From Patescibacteria group bacterium (GTDB lineage: Bacteria > Patescibacteriota > Patescibacteriia > UBA9570 > JAHJKD01), in NCBI GenBank assembly GCA_043798935.1, contig JAZDOC010000002.1, positions 20,874 to 84,873 on the forward strand: DNA of 64,000 bases. Direction: 5' to 3'. Below, in pieces: positions 1-9,780 of the stretch. Position numbers and translations under genes: made by a program. The notes beneath the pieces are model-generated. The model was not told the DNA's origin, did not search any database, and worked only from the letters and a program-made list of their open reading frames with translations. Numbering within the stretch: the first letter of the stretch is position 1; every line of letters starts with the position of its first letter.

Positions 1-804
1 ATGTTTTAAGTGTGTATTAGTTTTTAATACTTTTTCTGTTTGTGGCTCGTAAACCAAGCTATTAATTTCCGAGGCGCTAATTTCTATTTGATTAATGTCT
101 TTACTACTTTGAACAGCGGCGTGGCATCTATTTTCAACTAAAAAATCTTGGCTGATAATTAAATTAATTTCTTTATCAATGGCATAGTGATCAAAATATC
201 TTCCCAAAGACATGGCCAGCGAATTAGACACGGTTGCTTCCATAAAAGCGGCGACTATCAGAAGAGGTATAACAACTGCCAGAAAGCATCGCCCAAAAGT
301 GATCCAGGCGACTCGTCTTTTTTCTGAAGACAAAACCCGACTACCACCAATTAACTTAATAATTAAGCAAAACCCTAAAACAGCGCTTAATAAAAAAGCT
401 GGGATTTCAAAAATGCCATGAGGTATTAAAACAATTAGCGAGGTTATAAATGTACCGGGTGAAACCAATGATAAATGATAAGCAAAATTTAAAGTGACGC
501 CGATAATTATACCATTAACAAAAACAACCACTGCCGGTAATAAAATAATGCCAGTTAAAAACAATATTAATGTGACAATAAGGTTATTAATAAAAATTCT
601 AACGCCTAAAACAAGGGTCGAATCTGCATTATCGATTATGGTAGAAAATTTTTCACCAATAGCATTTATAATAGTGAGCTTAATATCAGTGGGCAGAAAA
701 CAGCCCAAAATAATACCCACTATAAAAAGAGTACTAATAGCGATTAATATCTTCTTACCGGCCGGATAAAAACTGGAAAACAAATCTATAACTTTTTTAA
801 TCAT
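1..804 (-). CDS. Polytopic integral membrane protein; 3' end of the gene lies beyond the window start (possibly SpoIIM/DUF95-like)
   Basis: ATG is the reverse complement of 802-804. The minus frame was checked codon by codon over 481-560 and stays open to position 1. The translation is very hydrophobic (…LTGIILLPAVVVFVNGIIIGVTLNFAYHLSLVSPGTF…). The overlapping plus-strand ORFs 212-421 and 494-769 are probably spurious. Confidence 0.5.
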   Translation of the reverse strand, partial: MIKKVIDLFSSFYPAGKKILIAISTLFIVGIILGCFLPTDIKLTIINAIGEKFSTIIDNADSTLVLGVRIFINNLIVTLILFLTGIILLPAVVVFVNGIIIGVTLNFAYHLSLVSPGTFITSLIVLIPHGIFEIPAFLLSAVLGFCLIIKLIGGSRVLSSEKRRVAWITFGRCFLAVVIPLLIVAAFMEATVSNSLAMSLGRYFDHYAIDKEINLIISQDFLVENRCHAAVQSSKDINQIEISASEINSLVYEPQTEKVLKTNTHLKH

Positions 805-884
805 GCTCTTATTATACTATATTTATTGAAAAATCAATAAATTGTAAATAAACTGCTAAAATGATATAATAATTTACACTAATA

Positions 885-1439
885 ATGATTTATTTTATGA
901 AAAAAATTAGCCTATTTACCTTATTAATTATCGCCACCATAGCTTTTACAGGCTGTAATGACAATAAAAATGCTGGTATCGCAAACATTCCTTTCGCCAT
1001 TCTAGATAAAAACGATTTTACTTTGGAAGATGTGGCTAAAGTAATTGAAAGCCCCATGATTTTAGCTACCGACCAAGCCGATACTTTGGCAACGGCATAT
1101 AGCCAAATCCGAGAAAACGGTGATGCGATAACCATTGATTCAGAAAAAGAAATAGCTATATTAGTTTTTCGCGGTAAAAACGGCAATTGTAAAAATGCCG
1201 ACATAAATATTACTAAAATAAGCCGTGAGGGGAAAACGGTTAAAGTAGAAGTGGCGCTGGATGAAAACAAAGTTAAAGATGATTTGTGCCGAATATTAAT
1301 GAACCCTTATTCCATTGTAAAGCTAGATAAAGAAACCTTAAAGTATTATTCAGGTTTAAAGTTCGAACTGATTGACGCCTCTAACCAAAAAACACTTAGT
1401 ACTAAAAAAATTAATCAGATACCGGGTATATTAAAATAA
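885..1439 (+). CDS. Putative lipoprotein (signal peptide with lipobox …AFTGC)
   Basis: N-terminus MKKISLFTLLIIATIAFTGC is a typical Sec/SPII signal with a Cys lipobox. No family recognised. Confidence 0.5.
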   Translation: MIYFMKKISLFTLLIIATIAFTGCNDNKNAGIANIPFAILDKNDFTLEDVAKVIESPMILATDQADTLATAYSQIRENGDAITIDSEKEIAILVFRGKNGNCKNADINITKISREGKTVKVEVALDENKVKDDLCRILMNPYSIVKLDKETLKYYSGLKFELIDASNQKTLSTKKINQIPGILK

Positions 1440-2419
1440 TGAAAGTCTTAGGCATTGAAACTTCTTGTGATGAAACATCGGCCGCAATTATTGATTATAA
1501 TCGAGGTCGTTTTAAAATATTGGGCGAAGTTATAAATTCACAAATTGCTCTGCATCGTAAAACCGGTGGCGTGGTTCCGGAAGTGGCGGCCCGTGAACAT
1601 GTAAAAAATATCATCCCTGTAATAACCTTGGCTTTTCAAAAAGCAGGCCTAAGCATAAACGATATAGACCGCATTGGTGTCGTTAGCGGTCCGGGGTTAA
1701 TCACTTCTTTATTAACCGGCGTAGAAACTGCTAAACATTTAGCTTTTTTAAGCCAAAAAAAAATCTTTGCCATTAATCATATTGAAGCGCATTTGGCGGC
1801 TAATTATTTATTGAATAAAAAAATAAATTATCCGGCGCTAGGATTAATAGTATCGGGCGGACACACGGAAATTGTTTTAATTACTGAAGCCGGTAGTTAT
1901 AAATTAATCGGTGCCACCCGCGATGATGCGGCCGGTGAATGTTTTGATAAATGCGCTAAAATTTTACGCTTACCTTATCCGGGCGGTCCAGAAATTTCTC
2001 GGCACGCTGAAAAAGGAACAGCTAATATCTCTTTCCCCAAACCAATGATAAACGCTAAGAATTTTGATTTTAGCTTTTCGGGTTTAAAAACTTCTGTTCT
2101 GTATTATGTGCGCGATCATAAAAAATACAACACTGATGCTGCGTGCGCTTCGATCCAGCAATCGATTGTTGATGTTTTAGTTCATAAACTTAGCTTGGCC
2201 CAAAATAAATTTAATGCTAAAACTATAATGTTGGCGGGTGGGGTAGCGGCAAATTTAAAACTGCGCCAAGCCATGAAAAAACAATTTCAAAATATTTTAA
2301 TTCCGGATTTACAATATTGCACTGATAACGGCGTGATGGTCGCCACCGCCACGGCTTTAAAAACTAAAGCAGATAATATATTTAAAATCAAAGCTGACCC
2401 AAGCTGGGAAATAATATAA
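1439..2419 (+). CDS. tsaD: tRNA N6-adenosine threonylcarbamoyltransferase TsaD (Kae1/Gcp family)
   Basis: MKVLGIETSCDETSAAII… is the canonical Kae1/TsaD N-terminus. Length 326 aa. Metal-binding His pair context (NHIEAHL). Confidence 0.9.
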   Translation: MKVLGIETSCDETSAAIIDYNRGRFKILGEVINSQIALHRKTGGVVPEVAAREHVKNIIPVITLAFQKAGLSINDIDRIGVVSGPGLITSLLTGVETAKHLAFLSQKKIFAINHIEAHLAANYLLNKKINYPALGLIVSGGHTEIVLITEAGSYKLIGATRDDAAGECFDKCAKILRLPYPGGPEISRHAEKGTANISFPKPMINAKNFDFSFSGLKTSVLYYVRDHKKYNTDAACASIQQSIVDVLVHKLSLAQNKFNAKTIMLAGGVAANLKLRQAMKKQFQNILIPDLQYCTDNGVMVATATALKTKADNIFKIKADPSWEII

Positions 2420-2437
2420 CATCTATCCTTCTTATTT

Positions 2438-2467
2438 CCCCTCTCCACGAATGGAGGGGGTGGGCAA
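2438..2467 (+). promoter_or_regulatory. GC-rich polypyrimidine/polypurine hairpin (CCCCTCTCCA-cgaa-TGGAGGGGG) followed by extended Shine-Dalgarno AAAGGGGGTGAG, ahead of the HD-domain gene
   Basis: Inverted repeat read directly. The SD matches 10 of 11 positions of the complement of the 16S 3' end (AAAGGAGGTGA). A near-identical module occurs at 38403-38434. Confidence 0.4.
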
Positions 2468-2472
2468 AGGGG

Positions 2473-3459
2473 GTGAGACAAAATAATATGATACACAACG
2501 ACAAAATTTACAACCAAATAATAATAGACGATCCTTTGATTCAAGAGCTTTATAATTCTAAAACTTTACAGCGTCTAAAAAGCGTTAATCAATACGGTGC
2601 CAGCGTCTATCGCTTTGCCCATCTTACCACTACGCGCTTTGAACACAGCTTAGGCGTTTATTTTTTACTAAAAAAGTTTAATGCTAATTTAGAAGAACAG
2701 GCGGCTGGTTTGCTTCACGACGTACCACACACCGCTTTCTCACATGTAATCGACTTTGTTTTTGGCGGTCCGGAAAATGCCAGTTTTCATGAAGAGTTTC
2801 ACGAATTCTTTTTACATGACAGCGACGCGGTACAAATTTTAGCTAAACACGGCATCGACTGGCATGATATTTACAAAACACATCTTTATAAACTATTAGA
2901 CAGGGACTTGCCGGACTTATGTATGGATCGACTGGATTATTTTTTCCGTGATATGTTTACGGATAATTCTATGACCTTAAAAGAAATAAATAAAATATTA
3001 AAAGATATAACGCGCTTTAATAATTATTTAGCTTTTGAAAACCAAACCACAGCAAAATTTGCGGCCAAAAAATTCCGCGAGGGCGACGACCGCTTATGGA
3101 GTAATCCTTTGCAAGCTACGCTGTATTATATGTTTGCGGAAATAATCAAAATCGCTTTATTTGATGATGTGATTTCTTTCCGAGATTTATTTTCAACCGA
3201 TGAAGCGGTTTATAAAAAACTAGCTTCCACTAAACACGTTAATATTAAAAGACGTTTAAAACAGATTACTTCTTTACAGGTAAAAGAAGATGTTAACAAC
3301 TACGACTATCATATTAAAACTAAAATTCGGGTAATTGATCCTTATGTAGTGCAAAAAGATAAATTAGTTCGTCTTTCCGTTCTCGACCCTATTTTCCACA
3401 AAGAAAACCAAGATTATATGGCTAGAAAACGTGAAGGCTTTTATGTTAAAATAATATAG
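2473..3459 (+). CDS. HD-domain metal-dependent phosphohydrolase
   Basis: H…HD motif context (FEHSLGV… LLHDVPHTAFSH) typical of the HD superfamily. 328 aa. Confidence 0.6.
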   Translation: MRQNNMIHNDKIYNQIIIDDPLIQELYNSKTLQRLKSVNQYGASVYRFAHLTTTRFEHSLGVYFLLKKFNANLEEQAAGLLHDVPHTAFSHVIDFVFGGPENASFHEEFHEFFLHDSDAVQILAKHGIDWHDIYKTHLYKLLDRDLPDLCMDRLDYFFRDMFTDNSMTLKEINKILKDITRFNNYLAFENQTTAKFAAKKFREGDDRLWSNPLQATLYYMFAEIIKIALFDDVISFRDLFSTDEAVYKKLASTKHVNIKRRLKQITSLQVKEDVNNYDYHIKTKIRVIDPYVVQKDKLVRLSVLDPIFHKENQDYMARKREGFYVKII

Positions 3460-3460
3460 T

Positions 3461-6067
3461 ATGCCAAAAGAAATTTCAAAAGCGTATGACGCAAATTTAG
3501 TAGAAAAAGATATTTACCAAGCCTGGGAAGAATCAGGCTTTTTTAATCCTGATAATTTAACTGATGCCAAAGACGCCTATTGCATCTCCATGCCTCCGCC
3601 AAATGTGACGGGCATTTTACATTTAGGCCACGCGCTCGAAAACACACTTATGGATATTGAAGTGCGCTATCAGAGAATGCAGGGTAAGAAAGCATTGCTT
3701 ATACCGGGGACTGATCATGCGGCTGTCGCCACCCAAGCCCGCGTGGAAGACAATCTAAAAAAACAAGGCATAGCAAATCCACGCCAACAGCTTGGTCGCG
3801 ATGGTTTATTAGAAAAAATCCGAGAATATGCTGAAGATTCAAAATCGAACATTCTTAATCAAATAAAGAGAATGGGTACAAGCTGCGATTGGTCGCGCCT
3901 AGCTTATACTTTTGATGAAACCCGTTCTGAGACCGTCTATACTATTTTTAAGAAAATGTATGAGGATAAATTAATTTATAAAGGATACCGAGTGGTTAAT
4001 TGGTCAGTGGTTGGGCAATCAACTTGTTCTGATGACGAACTAGTTTACGTTGACCAGCCAGCAAAAATTTATACTTTTAAATATAGTGCTGATTTTCCCA
4101 TAGCTATTGCTTCTACGAGGCCCGAAACAAAATTAGGCGATACGGCCGTAGCGGTTCATCCTGATGATGAAAGATATCAAAAATATATCGGCCAGAAATT
4201 TATCGTTGATGTTGGTACTGTAAAACCATTAACAATAAAAATAATTGCTGATAGCAATGTTGATCCAAAATACGGTACGGGCGCAGTTGGCGTGACGCCG
4301 GCGCACAGCCAAATTGATTTTGAAATGTATGAAAAAAATAAAGAGATTGGTTTAATTCAAGTAATCGGCCAAGATGGCAAGATGACTGAAAATGCCGGCC
4401 AAATATACGCCGGCCTATCGGCAGTTATGGCCCGAGAAAAATTTGTTGCCTGGTTGAAAGAAAATAATTTATTAATTGAAGAAAAGGAAACTGAACATAA
4501 TGTTGGCACTTCAGACCGCTTTAAGGATGTTGTTGAAGCCTTACCCATGGAACAGTGGTTTGTGGATGTAAATAAAAAAATTCCGTCAAAAAACAAAAGC
4601 TTAAAAGATCTAATGCGCACTGCTGTGACGTCGGGCTTAAATAATGATGTTAGTAAAAAAATATCAATTCAGCCGGAAAGGTTCAAGCAAACATATATGC
4701 AGTGGCTAGATAATTTACGCGACTGGAATATTTCCCGCCAAATTTGGTGGGGGCACCGCATTCCCATTTGGTATCGTGATGATGAAATCATAGTAAGTGA
4801 TGTCGCGCCAGACGGTAATGGCTGGAAGCAAGATGAAGATACGCTGGATACTTGGTTTTCATCCGGTACCTGGACATTCTCTACTTTAGGCTGGCCTAGC
4901 GAAACTAATGATTATAAAAATTACCACCCGACAGCCTGGATGCAAATGGGTTATGAAATATTATTTTTCTGGATGGCCAGAATGATTTTAATGTCGGCTT
5001 ATGCGCTGAATGATATTCCATTTAGAAGCGTATATATTCATGGAATCTTGCGTGATAAAGACGGCCAGAAATTTTCTAAATCAGCCGGCAACGGCATCGA
5101 TCCTATATTAATGATCGATAAGTATGGTTGCGACGCATTAAGAATGAGCTTAATCAAAGGCGTAACACCGGGCAATGATGCACGTTTTTATGAAGACAAA
5201 GTGCTGGCTTCTAGAAATTTTATCAATAAGTTGTGGAACGTCTCGCGCTATATCATCATGAGTAGCGATGAAATTAAAATATCACAATTAAATATCAACA
5301 CTGTAGCTGATCACTGGATAATTTCAAAATTACAAAATCTAATTCAATCCACTAAAGATAACTTAGACAAATACAATTTCAGCCAAGCCGGCGAAAATCT
5401 TTACGATTTCATGTGGCGAGATCTAGCTGATTGGTACTTAGAAATTACCAAGTTTCAACCTAACCAAGAAATATTAATTTATATCTTAGATAATTTGTTG
5501 CGTTTACTGCACCCTTTTATTCCGTTTGTGACCGAAGAAATTTGGCAAAATTTCGATACGGATAAATTATTAATGATTGAAGCCTGGCCCGTGGTAGACG
5601 GTAAGCTCATTGATAACGAAACCGAAGCTGAGTTTAAAAATATTCAGGATATTATTATTCAAATCAGAAACTTAAGAACTCAATATAAAATTGCACCGTC
5701 TAAAATTTTTGCCGTCTATACCCAAGCTGATATTCATGAAAATATAAAACAAATTATTTCTAAACTAGCCAGAGTAGAAATTAATTGTGCCTGGACAGAT
5801 GCAAAAAATAAAATTACTGAAGTATCTAACGCCGATTATAAATTCAAAATTATATTAGGCGAATTAATAGATATTGATGCTGAAAAAACCAGATTGGCCA
5901 AAGAAATTTTTGCTCTGGAAAAATATACCAGCAGTTTAGAAAAAAAATTAGCCAATAAAAATTTTACAGCCAACGCCCCGGCTCAGGTTATAGAGCAAGA
6001 ACTGGCCAAGTTGTCGGAAAAAACAAAAATCTTAAAAGATTTAAAAAAGAGTTTAGAAAATCTGTAA
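3461..6067 (+). CDS. valS: Valine--tRNA ligase
   Basis: Class I aaRS HIGH (LHLGHAL) and KMSKS (KFSKS) motifs. N-terminus KAYDANLVEKDIYQAWEESGFF and PPPNVTG typical of ValRS. C-terminal coiled coil (KLANKNFTANAPAQVIEQE). 868 aa. Confidence 0.9.
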   Translation: MPKEISKAYDANLVEKDIYQAWEESGFFNPDNLTDAKDAYCISMPPPNVTGILHLGHALENTLMDIEVRYQRMQGKKALLIPGTDHAAVATQARVEDNLKKQGIANPRQQLGRDGLLEKIREYAEDSKSNILNQIKRMGTSCDWSRLAYTFDETRSETVYTIFKKMYEDKLIYKGYRVVNWSVVGQSTCSDDELVYVDQPAKIYTFKYSADFPIAIASTRPETKLGDTAVAVHPDDERYQKYIGQKFIVDVGTVKPLTIKIIADSNVDPKYGTGAVGVTPAHSQIDFEMYEKNKEIGLIQVIGQDGKMTENAGQIYAGLSAVMAREKFVAWLKENNLLIEEKETEHNVGTSDRFKDVVEALPMEQWFVDVNKKIPSKNKSLKDLMRTAVTSGLNNDVSKKISIQPERFKQTYMQWLDNLRDWNISRQIWWGHRIPIWYRDDEIIVSDVAPDGNGWKQDEDTLDTWFSSGTWTFSTLGWPSETNDYKNYHPTAWMQMGYEILFFWMARMILMSAYALNDIPFRSVYIHGILRDKDGQKFSKSAGNGIDPILMIDKYGCDALRMSLIKGVTPGNDARFYEDKVLASRNFINKLWNVSRYIIMSSDEIKISQLNINTVADHWIISKLQNLIQSTKDNLDKYNFSQAGENLYDFMWRDLADWYLEITKFQPNQEILIYILDNLLRLLHPFIPFVTEEIWQNFDTDKLLMIEAWPVVDGKLIDNETEAEFKNIQDIIIQIRNLRTQYKIAPSKIFAVYTQADIHENIKQIISKLARVEINCAWTDAKNKITEVSNADYKFKIILGELIDIDAEKTRLAKEIFALEKYTSSLEKKLANKNFTANAPAQVIEQELAKLSEKTKILKDLKKSLENL

Positions 6068-6104
6068 TATAAATAGAGACGCGATAAGGTTATATATAAA
6101 AGCA

Positions 6105-6132
6105 GCAGAGACGCGCCATAGCGCGTCTCTGC
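6105..6132. terminator. Perfect GC-rich palindrome GCAGAGACGCGC-cata-GCGCGTCTCTGC between convergent valS and pilB (bidirectional intrinsic terminator; member of a repeat family)
   Basis: Read directly. AT-rich flanks. Half-site AGAGACGCG also at 6076-6084. Confidence 0.6.
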
Positions 6133-6225
6133 TTATATACACTACGTATTATTTTATATACATCGCGTATTTTTTCGCTTTATTTTAAAAATTTTCAAGT
6201 TTTCGCGATTCTTTTTTTCGTGTTT

Positions 6226-8052
6226 CTAATCTTCACTGGCAACTCTAAATATTTCTTCCGGGTGTGTTTGGCCTTCGCAGGCTTTTAAAATACCATCTTG
6301 CGCCATGGTTAGCATGCCGTGTTTTTGTGTCACATCACGCATTTGGTATTCAGATACTTTCCCGGACAAAGTAATGGTTTCAATTTCTTCATTCATGGTA
6401 AAAATTTCATAAATACCAACACGGCCTTTGTATCCGGTTTGACTGCATTTATCGCATCCTTGGCCTTTATAAAATTTAAGCTGATTTATATCTGGTATTT
6501 TCTCGCCTGAATTTTCTGGTATGGATGCAAGCACTTTTTTTACTCTTTCTAATAATTCAAACGGCAACGCCACTTCTTGTTTGCAATATTTACAAACCCG
6601 ACGAACTAAACGCTGACCAATTACAGCGCATAAAGCAGGCGCTAATAAAAATGGCGCTACACCCATGGATAAAAAGCGGGGGATGGCTCCGGCCGCGTCG
6701 TTAGTATGAATAGTAGACAATAATAAATGCCCGGTTAAAGCCGCTTGAATAGCGGTTTCGGCAGTTTCTAAATCTCTAATTTCTCCCACCATTACAATGT
6801 CAGGGTCCTGACGCAAAATCGCGCGCAAACCCTTGGAGAATGTATATCCTTTAGAATGTTCGATTTGGCTCTGAGCGATTCCTTGTAATTTATATTCGAC
6901 TGGATTTTCCAGAGTAATAATTTTAGTATCGGTGTCGTTTAATTTATTTAAAATCGCATACAATGTAGTGGTTTTACCAGAACCAGTAGGACCGGTAGTA
7001 ATAATCATACCATCGGGGCGAGCAATTTCTCGCTCTAACCTTTTTAAGGGTTCAGGCCTAATGCCTAAATCATCAAAGCTTAATCCGACTGACGATGATT
7101 TTAATAAACGCATTACTACGCTTTCTCCAAAAGCCGTGGGCAGAGTCGAAACGCGAATGTCCATTTTATCGTTTGAAAGCGCAATGGTAATACGCCCGTC
7201 CTGCGGGACAGAATCAACATTTAATTTTAATCCGGAAATACTTTTTATACGACTAATTAATTTTGGCCAAATACTAGCCGGGATTCGAGCGCCGACTTGT
7301 AGTAAACCATCAACGCGATAACGAATGGCCACGTCTTTTTCCTCGGCTTCAATATGAATGTCCGATGACCCGACTTTCAAGGCCATGGCAATAATCATTA
7401 TAAAAGCATCGGTTAAGTTAACTTGGGCCAGCTTACTGGCAAACACACCATAATTAACGAGCTCATCTTGAAAGCGAGTAATGTCTTTTTCAGTGATTTT
7501 TAAATCATTATCGATTATTCTAATTTTAGCTACATTTTTATATAAAGCAGAGGCTAGTTCAAAGCTATGGCGCGACATTAAATATAAGGCAATATCAGCC
7601 CCGGGAAAACGTTTTTGTAAAAGTGAAATAATGCCATGAACATTTTCATTATCAAGGTTAATAACTGCGACTCTTATTTTATTTTCCAGCTTAAAAAAAC
7701 AAATAGCTTCGGCGTCCATGGATTCTTTTTCCGGAATTAATGATATAGTTTCGCCGCTAATAGGAAAACCTTTTAAATTAATATAACCAACGCCATTTTC
7801 TTGAGCTTCGGTTTCGGCTTTTCTTTCCAAATTAGAAAGCTCAATATCGATCATTTTTTCATCCAATGCTTGAGCCGTATCTTTAGCCTCTTCACTAACA
7901 TCATTTAATAATTCTAGAGCTTCAGCTTGAACTTCGCCTTTAGGTTCAGAAGGTGTTTTATCGTCTTTAGGCTTGGTCGGAGTAGATGCTAAATTTGCCA
8001 AATGCGAGCTGGCCTGAGATTGATGAATTAAATCATTGATATTTTTAAGCAT
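6226..8052 (-). CDS. pilB: GspE/PilB-family type II/IV secretion (type IV pilus assembly) ATPase
   Basis: Walker A GPTGSGKTTT. N-terminal T2SSE_N-like region. C-terminal CxxC…CxxC zinc motif (CKYCK…CDKCSQTGYKGR). 608 aa. Confidence 0.85.
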   Translation of the reverse strand: MLKNINDLIHQSQASSHLANLASTPTKPKDDKTPSEPKGEVQAEALELLNDVSEEAKDTAQALDEKMIDIELSNLERKAETEAQENGVGYINLKGFPISGETISLIPEKESMDAEAICFFKLENKIRVAVINLDNENVHGIISLLQKRFPGADIALYLMSRHSFELASALYKNVAKIRIIDNDLKITEKDITRFQDELVNYGVFASKLAQVNLTDAFIMIIAMALKVGSSDIHIEAEEKDVAIRYRVDGLLQVGARIPASIWPKLISRIKSISGLKLNVDSVPQDGRITIALSNDKMDIRVSTLPTAFGESVVMRLLKSSSVGLSFDDLGIRPEPLKRLEREIARPDGMIITTGPTGSGKTTTLYAILNKLNDTDTKIITLENPVEYKLQGIAQSQIEHSKGYTFSKGLRAILRQDPDIVMVGEIRDLETAETAIQAALTGHLLLSTIHTNDAAGAIPRFLSMGVAPFLLAPALCAVIGQRLVRRVCKYCKQEVALPFELLERVKKVLASIPENSGEKIPDINQLKFYKGQGCDKCSQTGYKGRVGIYEIFTMNEEIETITLSGKVSEYQMRDVTQKHGMLTMAQDGILKACEGQTHPEEIFRVASED

Positions 8053-8150
8053 AAAATACTTTTATAGTGTTTATATTATAGCAGAAAAAAATAAATAAAA
8101 AAATGAAGGCGTGGTTACGCATCTCCGCCTTCATTATAGTGTTGCTATAA

Positions 8151-9308
8151 TTAATTTTGCAGTGATTGCGACAGTCTTTCTAAAATAATTTTTTCAGTTT
8201 CTTTGGTGCCGAGATTTTTAAATTCTAAAAATGTAAAATCGGGCGAGCCCTTAATATAGTATTCTCTAAATAATTGGTCGGCTTTAATATAATGGACGGT
8301 ATTAATTAATACTTTGCTGCCAAAATCTGGCTTGTGGTAAATAATGAATATGTTTTTAGCATCAGGCGTGTTTACAATAAGCTCATCGATAACTTTCTCC
8401 AGTTCATCCTCAGTAGCGCCAGCTTCAATAAAATCATAGGCTTCGAGAACAGACCAGACAATATTGTGCTTAAAATCTTTTTGCAACTTGGTTAAAGCCC
8501 GGCCCCATAATTTCAAAGTATGAATGGATTTATTCTGATATAAATTTCTCACTATTTCTTCGCGCCGAGCGCCAGAAGAGATTAAATGCGATGCAATAGC
8601 TAAAGACCGAGGTGTTACCGAAGTGGTTTTAAAACTCTTGGTTTTGGAAATTATTCCAGTTAATAAATTCGTAGCGATAAATTCATCTAAAATTTTAGGA
8701 TCTAAACGTTGCAACATTTCAAAAATAATTTCCGAGGTTGAGGTAGCGGTCACTTCGACAATATTAATTTGGCCGAAGTGTTCATTAGCCGGGCTGTGAT
8801 CAATATTTATAATTGGAACTTTATAAAAAAGTTCTACATTGTTTTCGTAAATACTTCCGAGTGCTTCAAAGTCTGGCGCATCCAAAGTAATGATTAAATC
8901 AAAATTATATTCACCGTCGTATGAAGACACGTTTTCTTTACTAATAAACCCGTTAGTCGGTGTAATATAAATGCTCAAACGATCGCCGTGGGTTTCATAA
9001 TTTAATTCTTGCACTTTGGTTTTGCCTAAATCCACTGAAATAATGAACTTGCGCAAAGCTGAAATATCAGAAAAAATCTCTGAACTGCGTGGTAAAAAAG
9101 AATGGGTATGTGGTAAAACAAATTCTGAAGCCACAATTCTGGGCTTTTTGTTTTTCTTTTCCAAAAATAATAAAACAGCCAAACCCGAAGCAATTGCGTC
9201 AGTAGTTGGCGTTTGCGGCAAACAAATCAATATATTTTCACTTTTAGCAATTATATCTTCAAATTGCTGGTCAGCTTTTAACATTTTCTTTATTAAATAG
9301 TAAAACAA
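8151..9308 (-). CDS. nrnA: DHH-DHHA1 phosphoesterase (NrnA-like oligoribonuclease/pAp phosphatase)
   Basis: DHH motif context IINIDHSPANEHFG. ~385 aa, typical NrnA size. GGGH-like C-terminal domain. Confidence 0.7.
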   Translation of the reverse strand: MFYYLIKKMLKADQQFEDIIAKSENILICLPQTPTTDAIASGLAVLLFLEKKNKKPRIVASEFVLPHTHSFLPRSSEIFSDISALRKFIISVDLGKTKVQELNYETHGDRLSIYITPTNGFISKENVSSYDGEYNFDLIITLDAPDFEALGSIYENNVELFYKVPIINIDHSPANEHFGQINIVEVTATSTSEIIFEMLQRLDPKILDEFIATNLLTGIISKTKSFKTTSVTPRSLAIASHLISSGARREEIVRNLYQNKSIHTLKLWGRALTKLQKDFKHNIVWSVLEAYDFIEAGATEDELEKVIDELIVNTPDAKNIFIIYHKPDFGSKVLINTVHYIKADQLFREYYIKGSPDFTFLEFKNLGTKETEKIILERLSQSLQN

Positions 9309-9370
9309 TGAATTTTCCTCTTTTTTGAAGGAATAGATTATCTTACTATAAATTCAAAATATGTCAAGGG

Positions 9371-9640
9371 TTATTTCCTATATATATAAGATAGCCAAAT
9401 TTTCTTAATATACGGCATTGTTAGGGTTGAAAGCATGAAAGCGATAGCCGGAACGATCGCATTTAGCCAGGGTTTATCAACATTGATAATATATAAGTAA
9501 ACTGCGATCGCAATATAAGTAAAAATCATTAAAATAATTTTTCTGGACCAGCTTGTCTCCCAAGCTTTATCGCCTTCGACTTTATTATTCCTAGATTTTA
9601 TTTCTCCTAGCTCTTTTTTAATTTGTTCTAAATCGTTCAT
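9371..9640 (-). CDS. Small membrane protein (2 predicted TM helices), hypothetical
   Basis: 89-aa ORF with hydrophobic stretches. No family recognised. Confidence 0.35.
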   Translation of the reverse strand: MNDLEQIKKELGEIKSRNNKVEGDKAWETSWSRKIILMIFTYIAIAVYLYIINVDKPWLNAIVPAIAFMLSTLTMPYIKKIWLSYIYRK

Positions 9641-9780
9641 ATACGTTTATTAGCTTACTATTGTATTTATCTATATAATTGTATCATTTACTAAAAAAAT
9701 AAACTACTGTAAGATAAATTTATTAAAATATTAATGTTATGATCGAGCTAGCCTCGATCAGCGCGTCTCGATCGACTAAT

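Noticed and set aside
212-769. Plus-strand ORFs 212-421 and 494-769
   Set aside because: They lie entirely inside a long, open, hydrophobic minus-strand reading frame (1-804). Composition is low-complexity. They are most likely antisense artefacts.
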